A stretch of 64,000 nt of DNA from Geosiphon pyriformis uo1 (lineage: Eukaryota; Fungi; Glomeromycota), in NCBI GenBank assembly GCA_016748015.1, contig JAAOMT010000109.1, forward strand, positions 145,820 through 209,819, in the 5' to 3' direction. The notes under the pieces were generated by a model. The model searched no databases. It worked only from the letters and a program-made list of their open reading frames with translations, and was not told where the DNA came from. This document shows positions 1 to 12,330 of the stretch, piece after piece. How positions within the stretch are numbered: the stretch's first letter is position 1; each line of letters starts with the position of its first letter. Position numbers and translations under genes: made by a program.

Positions 1-595
1 ATTTATATTAACAAAACATAAATTTTTAATAATATGAACAATATAAAAACTTTAAGTTTCAAATAATATTAATGGCAAAAATTTGGCTTTAAAATAATAA
101 TAAAAACCAATATAAGCTAATATTAAAAAAACACAATTTTTAATAATATAAGTACTATAGTATTTTTAAATTTTAGATAATACTAATTTGTTATATAATA
201 TATTAATTTTATTATTAGTTATTGATTAATCTAAATTTATGTAAAAAATATATATACATATTTTTAATTTTTATTTGTCTAAAATATAAATTTCTATAAC
301 TTTATTTTTAATTGTATTAACACAAAAAAATTAAAAAATAGAATTTAAATATTGGAATATTTTAATCAATTTAAGATTTTTTATTAAAATAAATAATTAT
401 TAATAGTTAATAAAACAAATAATAATTATATTATAAAGTTTTTTTATTATTAATATTAATACCAATTACTATAAAAAATTAGAACAGTTTTTTAATTAAA
501 TTAGCAATTTTATTTATTAAAATATTTTTTTAATTGATTTGTAATTTTTTTGGATATTTGTTTTTTTTTATAATATTTTTTTATTGTAATATATA

Positions 596-2378
596 TTGTT
601 TAGTAAAAACTATCTAAATAATGCTAAAAAAAAAACTCTTTGTCTTCTTAATTTTATGATCATGACCAGAATGAAGAGTAAAAAAGCTGCATCTGATATT
701 TTTCTTAAGATATCTAATAAAATTTCAACCAGAAAAGCTCTTTTTGTTGTAAAAGCAACTATGCAGAATGTTATAAAAGCCTTTTTTTTACCTAATAATC
801 GTGAAAAGCTATCTTTGGTAGCTGTTGAAGCAATTTCTTCTTCTTTGACTGGTTTTTCACCAATCAAAGTTCTCTTAAAGAGACACACTTAAGTTAGTTC
901 TAATGTTGCCTTTACTTCAACTAAGAGTCCAAAAGTTTTTAATAATAGACTAGTAAATAAGCTGGTCTTTTTTTTTATGGCTTCAACATCTGGTGCTGCT
1001 AATACTACCTTTTCAAAAAAAATGATCAAAAAAACCAAAATTTCAAAAAAGTGAGAGCAGTCGCTTGCCTTTGCTATTGTTACACCAAACCTCTTTGTGG
1101 TTTTTAATAAGATTTTAAGTGAAATCTTTATAGTATTATCTGGCACATCATCCAAGATGGACCAAGATTAACCACTGATTGTATTGCCAAATATAGTGTC
1201 TTTTAGCAAATTGTTATTGGTTTTAGAAGCAAAACAATTGTTTCTTGTAATATTATCTGTTTTTAAGAACTGAGTTGACCAAATAGAAACTGAATTATCT
1301 TTTCTAGTTTCTGGTGTTGCCACTAGTAGTGCTTGGGAAACCATTATTAATCATCAAAAGTTTGTTGAATAGGTGGCCTTTTTTTTGGTATCTGGTACTA
1401 CTTTTAATATTAAATTGACTTATGTTAAGATTGTTTTTTAGTCTGTACATGGTTTTTTGGATGCAAAATCTGTTTTTAAGGACAATGTAAAGCTTTTTTG
1501 TGTGGAGTTTGCTTTTCAAAACTGTATTTTTAGTTGAGCTTACAGGCTCTGTTTACTTTGTTACTCTTAAAATTGCCAAATCTCTGGTGGTTTCTGAGTC
1601 TGGTTTCCCTTCTGCTGCTGTTGTGCTGTATAATATGTCTTTAAATGTGTCTGCTGCTAACATTAAGATAGCTTTTAGTGTGTTTGGCAGTATTACTCAT
1701 GTTGTGCTGAAGTCTGCTGGCATTTGGCAATATATAATTATTTATTTTAAAAAATTGAACTCTGCTGTGTCTGCTTTAAATTATTAGTCAGTTTTGGTGG
1801 GCAAAAATAGTGTTAAAATCTTCTTCTTAGTGAATCAAAATAAGATTATTCTGTCTTGTGATAGGTTTAAGGCCAAGTTAATTAATCTACTGTCTGACTG
1901 TACAGCTTTTAAAATTAATAATATGATTTTTTAGGTTGATAGTCAAACATGTTTTATTTCTTGTTTTTCTGAATCTGGTTATTATTCTCAGTTTACTCTG
2001 ATTATATTTGGTTCTCAAGTTGATTTGAATTTTGCGATTATTAAAACTGGTATTCTAAGAAAATGCTGTATTTGGTAGAAAACTCCTAGTTGTTGGCACT
2101 GTTTTAGATGTCAAAAAGTAAACTATTTTGCTGTGAACTGTAAAGTATCTTCACCTCTCTTTTTTAAGGCTCCCAAAGTGTTTAAACTACGTTTTATAAG
2201 TGGTATTTCTTATGTAAAGACTTCTGCTTTCCTAAATTCTTTTGAGTTTTCTTTCTTGATAGCTTCTATTTCTCTTTTTATGGTTGTTGGTAATCTCTTG
2301 GTGTTCTTTTGATTGGCTTCTTTGGAGTCTGATTTGGCCAAGCTTTTTGCTTTGGTTGAGTCTATTGTCAAACCAGTT
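596..2378 (+). mobile_element. Decayed ORF1 (gag-like) of a non-LTR retrotransposon
   Basis: Broken reading frames contain an RRM-like segment (IKIAFSVFGSITHVVLKSAGIWQYIIIYF, ORF 1500-1787) and a CX2CX4HX4C knuckle at ~2100-2141 read as CFRCQKVNYFAVNC (H to Y by C to T). CpG nearly absent; many TGA/TAG/TAA stops. Ends approximate. Confidence 0.75.
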
Positions 2379-2444
2379 GAAAAAACACCCAAAATACTTA
2401 ATTATAATAATAACTTAGATAATCTAATAATCAATATTTTTTAG

Positions 2445-3263
2445 TGTTACTAAAGATATTTGGTTTTTTTTTTTAAATATTATTAATGTTTGTTTGCTAT
2501 GAATTCACGTTTTCTAAAAGCTGTTAAATTTTTGATAACTGAATTTATCTTTAAATTATCTTCTATAATTTAAATAGCCGATTTTGTACTAATTATTTAA
2601 TGTAGTTTTTTTATAGTAAAAGTCAATTTTTTCTTAAAAATTGCTCATCTGGAAGCTTACGAAAAATGTGTAGTTATTTTGCTGTAAAAGTCAACTTTTT
2701 TATAGAAATCTCATCTGTAGACTACCTTAATAATTATAATAAGAAAAAAATAAAAAATAAAAGAAATATAAAAAAATGAAATTTTATTAAGAGAATTGTT
2801 ATCTATTTAGGTCTGAAGTTACTAACAAATTACTGAAATTGGTAGCTAATTAATTTTAAAACATTAGTTGATTTTCAGAGAATTTCAAATGTAAATAATT
2901 TTTAAGAAATTTCGATTTTTAAAGTATCTTAATTTTTATTACTTTTTATAAAAGATAATTTACTTTAATTAAAATAATTTTGAGTAAAATAATTCTAAGG
3001 TAAAATATATTTCTCGAAAAGAAAAGCTCTTTTTTTATATAACTTGTTATAATACTAGTCTATAAACTTGAACTTTTTTCTTTGCCATAATTTCGATAAA
3101 CTAAAGATATATTTTGATAAACTACAAGTTATTTTGACAAATTATTAACTAATTTGGTGAATTATTTATTATTTCAGTGAATTTTTACAAATTTTAATAA
3201 ATTTTTAAATATTATATAATTTAAAATATTGTGTAATCTGATTATTTTAATTTTTTTTGTACA
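2445..3263 (-). mobile_element. Ty3/Gypsy family-B LTR (2585-3263) plus 5' leader (2445-2584)
   Basis: Ends are TGTAC...GTACA inverted termini. The reverse complement aligns with 60290-60987 (e.g. 2641 ttgctcatctggaagcttacgaaaaatgtgtagtt vs 60737-60769) and, more weakly, with 56698-57470. Confidence 0.7.
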
Positions 3264-3299
3264 AATTAGATTATTAATTAACTAATAATATTTAATAAT

Positions 3300-5500
3300 T
3301 TGATTAAATAATAAGTAATAATTAAAATGATTTTAATATATGTTAATTAATAATAAAAATTATAAGAGTAATTTCATGTTAATTAATAGCTAAAATTTTA
3401 TTAATAACACTAGTCATTAAAAATCAAATTGTAATAGTTATTAGAAAATCTAATAATCAATACTTTTAAATCATTAAAATTAAATAACAATAGTTATTTA
3501 AGTAATTTAATAATTAACAACAAAAAATAAATAGTTAATAATTAAAAGTAACAAAAAAATTGTTAATTATATATGTATATATAATATATAATCTTGTGTT
3601 TTTTTATTTGTCAAAAAATATATTATTAATATTATATATTGAAAAACTTAATAATTTGTTATAATATATTTTTTTATAATCAAATTAAATATATCTTATA
3701 TATTTTTTATATGTGATCAATTACTTAGATTAATTAAGACTATTATAGATGTCTATTTTTATTATAATATTATTGTTAAAACCAAAAAAAACAAATATTA
3801 CATATATAAACCAAAACTTATTATATATACTTCAATAATATCAAGTATTTACATAATATTATCAAACAAAATAATTGACAAATTATATTTACAGAATACA
3901 AAGAATTATTTTTACTTAATATATTACTTAATCTTATATTTAGATCTATATAACTAAATTTTATCTTAATAATTAATTATCAAGCTATATATAAACTTGA
4001 CCAGTTTTAAAACAGCAATTTTAATATTATTAAAAACTAACTACATTTTATAAAATTATTTCTTAAAAACAAAGCTTTTATACAAAATTATTTATAAATT
4101 AATTATAATATTTTGAATTTTTTTATAACCTTATTTATAATAAAATTATTTAATATTAAATGTTTTATTATTTTAAATAATATTAATATTTTTTATACTA
4201 AAAGTAATTTATAATTTTTATATATTTTAATACAATTAAATTATAATTAACTTCTTAATTTTATTTGTATTTTATAATTAAATTTATTATTATTATTATT
4301 TAATATATAAAATTTAATTTTTATTTAATACAATATAAATTTAATTATATTAAATCTAATAAAATAAAACTTATTTTAAAAAACATTTTGTACATATATG
4401 TAATTAATATATTATTATTTTAATTTTATTTAATAGTTTTATTTATATTTAACTTAATATTAAGTGTTTAAAGCATTTAAAAGCTATAATTTAAGTAAAT
4501 ATTTTCTTATTAATATTATTATTCAAAATATCTATATTATTATTATTTTTAATTTTTAATTTTATTTTAAGTTTACAAATATTTTTATTTAACTTATTAA
4601 CAATTTTTTTTTTAAATTATAAGACATTTTTTTTCGATTTAATATATAAAGCTAAAAAAGTTTAACTAATTTTATTACCAAAAAAACCAAAATATTAATA
4701 GATTTAACAATAAACTTAATTAATAAAGCCAACTTAATTAATTTAAATTTAAAGAATTAATTTAAAACTAAATATAAAGTCAATAATAATAAAAAAAACA
4801 AAAAAACAGTTTTAATATAAAATTTTATATTAATAAAACAAGATTTTGTTATTAATAACTTAATAGCTTAAATTTTAATATTTAAAATATTATTAATAAT
4901 TAAATATTTTTTATAAGATATAAATAAATTAATTTTATTAATAATAGTATTTAGGTTAACTTAAAACTAAATATAATCATTGTATATCTTAATTGTTAAG
5001 AAAATTCAAAAATAAAATAAATATAATTATAAATTTAAAAAATTAATTCACTAATATTATTTAAATTAAAAAATAAGAAAATATATATATAATATAAAAT
5101 TAGTTAATTAAATATTAGTATTAATAAGATAATATAATAAATAAAATATTAAAAATTCCAAAAATAATTATAATTTTTAGAAATAACAAAAGTATCAAAA
5201 AATTTTAAAAATATTAAAAAAATATCGAAAATATTAAAAATATTAAAAATAATTAAAAAATAATAAAAAATACCAAAATATTTTAATAAGAATAATAATA
5301 ATAAAATTTAATTATTAATTGTTTTAAAAAAAAACTTTTTTCTTTTATTTATTTAAAATTTTTCAAAGAGTAAATTTTAAAAGAAATTTTTTTGTATTTT
5401 ATTGTATTTTATTATTCAGTTAAATATATTCAAATTTTTTTTGAATAAAAAACTGCTATTAATATTAACAGCTTAATTATAAAAGAAATTAAGAAAAAGT
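3300..5500. other. Ultra-AT-rich relic, probably extremely decayed transposon DNA
   Basis: Almost no C/G; composition matches recognisable decayed Gypsy remnants at 51-57 kb. Family not identifiable by eye. Confidence 0.4.
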
Positions 5501-5699
5501 TTAATATTAGTTTGATTATTATTAATTTAATTACCAAAAAAAAGTAGAAAAAAGATGTGTTAAAAAATTAATACAGTCAAATTTGAAATAACTTATATCT
5601 TTAGTAGATACAAAATGCTATAAATTATTACAGATTATAAGTTTTTTAGGTTTAAGTATATATAGTATACATATAATAAAAATAGATATAATATTATTA

Positions 5700-7330
5700 A
5701 AAAATAAATTTATTTGCATATTCTTATAAAAATCTTTAAATAGTTTATATAATATTAAAGAAACTTGTAAGAATTATTTGTTTTTGTTTATTTTATATTT
5801 TTTTATAAAGTATATATTTAACATAAGCAAGCTTATTAACTGTATTATAAAATTTTTTGCTATTTTTAAGTTTTATAAACTGTTCAAGATTTATAATAGC
5901 AGTTAGTACATTTTTAATACTTATTATTTTCTGTATCTCTTGTTTTTTATCAAAGTTATTATATTTTATTTTACAATTGTTATAATATAATTTGCAATTT
6001 CATTATCATTTAGATGTTTTAAAGTAATTATATTGTTTTTTTCAGATAGATTTGTCAACTTTTTAATTAATAAATATATAGAATTTAGCTATATATAATT
6101 GAATTTTTTGTAACAATTTTTAATCTTTCTAATACTATCTTTTAATTATAATTAGCTATTATTTTTAAGTTTGCAATTTTATTCTGAAAGTTGTTATTTG
6201 TATTGATTAAAAAAATACTAATTTTGTGCTAACAATAAGTAATTATTTCATTTAAAACATTTTTCTATGTTCTATAAATTAGATATATTGTTTAAAATTA
6301 ATTAATTATATAACTATTATTAGCACTATTATTAAAAAGATTCAATATATAGTAAAAAAATAGCAATAGTAATATGTTTTAAAACAATAAATAATTTTAG
6401 TATCCATAAGCTAAATATATACTATTAAACTATTTTATATAAATATTTATAATAGATTTTATATTATAATTATAATTAACAAAATTGTTTACTAATAATA
6501 ATATGGTTTGTTTTTTTTTATGCAATTAATAGTCGTAATCAACAAGCCACTATCAAAAAATATACCAGTTATCTAAGCATAAGTATTTAAATAATACTAA
6601 AAACCAAATTGCTTTTTTGTTTTTTTTTTAAAACAGTATAAATATTTAATATAATCAATAATAAGTAATAACAAATACTTAATTCTATTAATATTAGTTG
6701 TAAAGACAAGTATTAATTACACTTTTGATTGTTTAATGTTATAATATAATATTGTAACAAGATCTTGATTTAGTAATATAGCATAAAATAGTGCAGTTTT
6801 ATCTATATTGAAAATATTATATAACTTCTAATCAGCAAAAAGTGTTATTATATGTACTTATTTATCTTTAATATGCTTAATATTAACTAATAATACTTAT
6901 CATAAAAGTAAAATAAATATAATCTAATATGATCTTTAAAGCTTTTAAGTTAATTATTAGATAGTTTTTGGCACTTATTTTTTGTAATATTCAATTAATT
7001 ACTGAACTTTATGCCAACAGCTCAAATTAAATTTTCAGTAAGTATTATTTTACATAATTTTATTTTTTAAACAAAAATAACAAGTGCTTTATCAAAGTTA
7101 TATATATACTTGCTAGTCAAATCACATATTGTATTTGCTTATAGATGAAAATTTAGTTTATTTTTGATTCAAACTAAAACTAGAAACTGTTTTATGTATG
7201 GAAAACCGTTTTTTTTAAAGTGTTTTGTAGTTTAATTAGTTTTTATTATTTGCATAATATCAATCAAGCACCATAAGCTTATTATAAAGTTAGTATTCTT
7301 ATAACTTTGTAAAACACAAGCTAAAAAAAT
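5700..7330 (-). mobile_element. Decayed pogo/Tigger-like (CENP-B HTH + DDE_1) DNA transposase
   Basis: Minus-strand translation gives KLSNN*LKSFKDHIRL (~6930-6965; cf. SNGWLxxFKxR), NIFNIDKTALFYA (~6780-6818; cf. IFNMDETGLFY), YYLNTYA*ITGIFF (cf. NxKAWMT) and I*LMDTKIIYCFKTYY (~6370-6415; cf. QPMDxGII). TIRs not located. Confidence 0.8.
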
Positions 7331-7454
7331 AGCATATTTTTTGTTATTAGATATAATAAAATTAAAAGACAAAAGAAAAATGCAATGTTACTTATAAAAT
7401 ATAGAAATTATATATTAGTACATAAATTAGCCAATCAGAATAGACATAGTAAAA

Positions 7455-7590
7455 GTGGAATTCCAGGATTACAGGATTTTTGTGTGAGGAATCGCAGGAT
7501 TCCAGAATTCCAGAATTCCTCTTGAGAAATTGCAGGATTGCAGGATTTCCAGGATTTCTGGCTAGAGAATTGAGGAATTCAAGGAATCTC
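7455..7590. repeat. Cluster of degenerate 8-9 bp GGAATTCCA/TTGCAGGA repeats
   Basis: ggaattccagga ttacagga ... atcgcagga ttccaga attccaga ... ttgcagga ttgcagga tttccagga ... attgagga attcaagga. Confidence 0.75.
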
Positions 7591-8013
7591 GTACAATGAA
7601 ATTTATGTATATATAGTGGTAGTGTTAGAAGCAGAAAAGACAGAATCCTTAGTTTAAAACCTCCAGTTCCAATCCCTTCATATAATAGTATTCTATGACT
7701 TGAAGTGAAAACATCAAATATCAATAAAATACTTTAAAAAATAGTCATCTTATATATGTTTTTTAAAAGTAATGAGTTTAATTGAAATAAAAATAATTCA
7801 TAAAAACCAAAATACTTGTCAACAAATATTTTTCAAATATAAAAAATAATATAATTGTTAATTAAATATCTAAAATATAAAAAATTGACTTAAAAATTAA
7901 TTAAATATGCAATAAAACAAGCATAAGTTAACTTTTAGCCTCAAAATCTATTTGGAAAAATACTAGATATGTATGTTTTATTCAAAATAAGATTATAAAT
8001 ATATAAAATATTA

Positions 8014-8565
8014 CACTCGGCGGAAAAAAGTCATGGGACACTTTATTATTTCTTTAATAACTTTTTATTTTATTTAATACTTAATAACTAGTTGGTCCAC
8101 CCTCCTTTCTAATACATTCTTCAATACGTCTAGATACACTAGTAACCAAATTTATATAGATATTTCGTGGAATTGCTTGCTATTCTTCTTGTAACGCGAG
8201 GAAGAATTTGTGATTATTCGGGCGCGGATTTCGTTTTTTGAGTTGTTTTTGTATATAATCCCATAAATGCTCTATTGGATTCAAATTGGGTGATTGTGCT
8301 GGCCATTTAGAAAGTAAATTGAGATGTTTTTGAGCCATCCAAGTCTTAACATTGAACTTTGAATTTTTGAATATTCAAAAAAAAATACCGAAAAATTTTA
8401 TGTTGATAAAAAAACGCGAATTAAATATTGTTAATTATATCTTAGTTTTGATTAATAATTGTTATTTTAATACATTTCTTACTATTTATAGATATTTTTA
8501 TCATTCATGGAACACAAATAATAAAAATGTTAAGTGTCCCATGATCAAATTTTTTTTCTATAGTA
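8014..8565. mobile_element. Tc1/mariner-type MITE (non-autonomous, ~550 bp)
   Basis: Left TA|CACTCGGCGGAAAAAAGTCATGGGACACTT and right AAGTGTCCCATGATCAAATTTTTTTTCTATAGTA are imperfect inverted repeats (core TCATGGGACACTT exact). TA flank; no coding capacity. Confidence 0.6.
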
Positions 8566-10733
8566 AATTGATTTTTATAAGCTAAAATAGAATGAAATAT
8601 TAGCTAAAATTATTTTTGAATTATTAATTAAAATTGTGTATTTTAAATATTTTGTAAATTTTAGTTTTTATTAGAAACAGTAAATATGTTTTTTATAAAA
8701 TTATTTGTTTAAAGTGTATTAAATTTTTTTTATAATATTTGCAAGTTTGTTGTCAGATTTTATTATGTTAAGGTTTTTATAGTTAAATTAATTATTTAAT
8801 TGGCCAAATAATTTTTATATTATTTATGTTAGTATAATAAAGTAACAATATATTTTCCATGACTTTTATCTTTAACTTATTATATTTTTTTTATATAATT
8901 AAACTTAGAGATCTTATCTTATATGTGTTTATTTCAATATTAAATTAAAAATATAATGCATTAATTTTAATAATATAAAAATCTTGTTATTAATAAATAC
9001 ATATATACATAAAGTTATTAGTTCTGTTTGGCTCTTATTTTGTATATAAAACTAAAATAGCCAAATAATAAAATTTTTCAACTAATATGAAAAAGAATAT
9101 AATTTTTTTAAAAGTGAAAAATTTTTTGTTAGAAAATATTACTGCCTGTTTTTAATTTTATTTTGTGATATTGAAGTCTTATCTTTTATATTATAGTAAG
9201 TAATTAAGGTAGTAGTAATATATATTAATTAAGTATTAACAAGAAAGTTATAAGTTTTTGTATATAAAATCTCTAAATATATTAATAAAAAGCAAAGTAT
9301 TCTTAAAAATTAACCATAAAACTATAAAATAATTGGGTCATGTGCAAAATCTTTTTTAAAGAACATATTAATTATAAATTAATATTTTGAAAAACAGAAA
9401 GTTTTAGTATTTCTTATGGACAATAAAATAAATTTTTGAAAAGAACATTAATATATTTAGTCATATAAATAAGAATTTTTTTTAAAATAATGATATTGTA
9501 AAAACATTCAACATTAATTATTATATTATAAAATAAATAAATAAGTATATATAAAGTTTACATATTTTTATTTTACTATATTTTATTATTTTAACAATTT
9601 CTGCCAAATTTTTTGCTTTTGAAATATGTTCGAAATACAAATATATTGTTGTTTTATAGAAAGACTGTTATCAAAGATTCATCATTTATTATGGTAATTT
9701 TTTTCTTAATAGTTTTGTTTTAAGCATTTATTAAAATTATCAATTTCTTTAATATTTTTTTTGAAAAATTTATTTAAATTTACTATTTATTAATCTTAAT
9801 TTAAAATTTTAATAACTATATTGTTAGGTAATTATTTTCAAAATTTAGAATATTTAATTAGTTGTTTAATAGGTTGATTAATACATTTTTTGAAATAAAA
9901 AAAGATCTTTTCATTATTAGATATTTAAATTATATTAATTTCTGGTGCATATCTAAAATATCTGAACACATTTTTAAAAATGAAATTGATACGGTTAACA
10001 TAATTGGGTATAAAGTTTTTGATATAAATTTTTATGATATTTATAAAGTATTTGAAATATTTTTTGGTTGAAAAAAATTTGTATTTGAATAATTATCTTA
10101 ATCGTTATAACAATAATATTAAAATGTGAAAATTGAAAAATAAAAGAAAAATATTTTTAATAAATAAAATATGAAATAAATTTTCTTTTTTCAAAATTTA
10201 TTTACAAAAAATTATATTATGTCAGGAATTGCATATCTTTTGTAAATTTAATTGATGTTTGATTTTAAATTGAAATTATCTTGAAAATGCATTAAAAGAT
10301 ATTTAGGTAATTTTTTCTTATGAATTGTTAAATTATAATTTGAAAGACAATATATAGAGTATTTGTTCATTATATTACTTTTTTTTAATGATATATAAAT
10401 TTTATGTAACTTCTTTATTTAAGAAATTTTGATTTCGCTAAAAAGATCTCAACTGTTAAAATACTGATTTTTAATAAAAATGGGATTTGAATTTGTTTTT
10501 ATGATTATACTAATCCCATAAATGTTTAATTTTGAAGAATTGTAATCAAGTTAAATAAATAATTAAAATGAAAAATTCTGAAAATTTTTACTATTTTTTG
10601 TTGATTGAAAAATCTATTTAAACTTTAAAAAGATTTTTTCAAAAGAGGAAAACAAATGAATTGGATTTCATATGTAATTTGAAAAATTTTCTTTATTGAT
10701 ATAATTGAATCAAAATTTTGGATCAAAAACGTT

Positions 10734-10902
10734 AAAGTTGTAGCTAGGGCGGTGCAGGTGTAGGAAGCGTTATGGCCATTATACTACAATGAGTTCGTTT
10801 CAATGGGCCAAACTACGTTAAAAGAGGGTATACTTGCAATATTCGACTAAAAAACAAGCTGCAGGAGTCCTCACTAAGCATGAACCCTTAGCTCGACCAC
10901 TA
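10734..10902. mobile_element. Small GC-rich element with imperfect terminal inverted repeats (MITE-like)
   Basis: 5' GTTGTAGCTAGGG pairs with 3' CCCTTAGCTCGACCAC; resembles CAGTGGCGTAGCTAGG-type hAT MITE ends; sharply GC-richer than its flanks. Confidence 0.4.
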
Positions 10903-11965
10903 AAAATATTTTAATTGAAAAAGTTTTTGTAAACTTTTTTTTTTACTGATATGAAATATAGAGTATTAGTTTGATAATATTTTAAAAATTCAAGTAAATT
11001 AAAACATTTTCAGTTTCTTGAATTTATATTCTTTTATGTTTAAACCTGAATTTCTTATATACATTTTTGAAAGAAGGTTCAATTTTATTTCCTTTAGAAA
11101 TTTCTTTTTTGAATTTAGAAATATTTTCTTTTTAAATTTTATGAATCAACAATAAAATATAAGAATTTTTTTTTTGAAGAAGGTTCAATAAATTTAGTTA
11201 CTCAATTCAGCTTTGAATATTTCTAGTTCATAACGAGAAATATTTTGTTGTGAATTTTTTATTACGATTCTATTTTTAAACCTCCGAAAAAATGTATTAA
11301 TCAACTATTTTTCAATTAATATAAAAACAGTTTATTTTTATAATAAACTTTCTCCAATCAAGAAAAATAATAAATCATGAGTTGTGATACTTTTTCATGT
11401 AAATTTCATATTTCTCATTAAAGTAAAAAATTATTGATTAGAAAGTCACTTAATTGTTTTAAAGGCACTAATTATTTTAAGACTTTGGTCAACTCATGAA
11501 TATTTTTTGCTTCTAACTTTGGCTTAGAATCTTAATTTAAAAGTTAGCTTAGTTTTTCTAGAATCAAAAATTTAATGAAAGAGTTTAGAACAAAATAAAA
11601 AATTTTATTCAAAGGATAAAATTTAAAAATTTGATTTTAGTTTCAGAACAGTAATATAAAGTAATTTAAATTTAATAAATTTATTTGCAAACTTCAAACT
11701 AGTGAAGATTATATTTTTTTAAAAAAACTCTTCAAACTCATTTTGATTTTTTAAATAGATTTTCTTTGGCTTGGTTAATCTGAAATTAATTTTGAAATTA
11801 ACTTTTTCAATTAAGAATTATCAGAATTCTACAAAACAAGAGCTAAAATATCAAAATACAAGTAGCATTATAAATTCATTTATTTACTATTTGAACCTGC
11901 ATAATTAATACAAGCTGATAGCTGTTCCACATAATGAACACAATGTCCCAGCATGATCATAATGA

Positions 11966-11967
<2 letters not shown>

Positions 11968-12024
<57 letters not shown>
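11968..12024. repeat. (ATT)19 microsatellite
   Basis: Perfect trinucleotide run. Confidence 0.95.
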
Positions 12025-12310
12025 TTGATTATTACTAAATAAACATTTGGGCGTCAGTACGAAAGAAATTTAGGAAACCCTTTGTTACTGGTGGTTTAAA
12101 TAAGGATTATTTTCTCCGATGAGATGGTTCGTGCGTCAACGTCAAAATTTTTAATTACAATGAAACTTGGGGGTTTCCCTTGCATAAAAAATTTATTCGT
12201 AAATTCTGCATTAATAGAATAAAATTATATTTATTTTTTAAGAAAATATATGAAATTTAATTAAATAAAACTTTAAAAATTTGAGACTTCTACCATCCAT
12301 TTTAAAATCA

Positions 12311-12330
12311 CCCCCCCCCCCCCCCCCCCC
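12311..12330. repeat. C20 homopolymer
   Basis: 20 consecutive C in AT-rich intergenic DNA. Confidence 0.95.

Noticed and set aside
3300-5500. Mitochondrial insertion (NUMT) or centromere core suggested by extreme AT content
   Set aside because: No mitochondrial gene motifs seen; composition matches eroded TE remnants elsewhere in the window. A centromere cannot be judged from sequence alone.
10740-10900. tRNA, U4 snRNA or RNase P/MRP RNA
   Set aside because: No cloverleaf/TPsiC, Sm site or P4 consensus; the short U4-like word ACTTGCAATAT appears coincidental.
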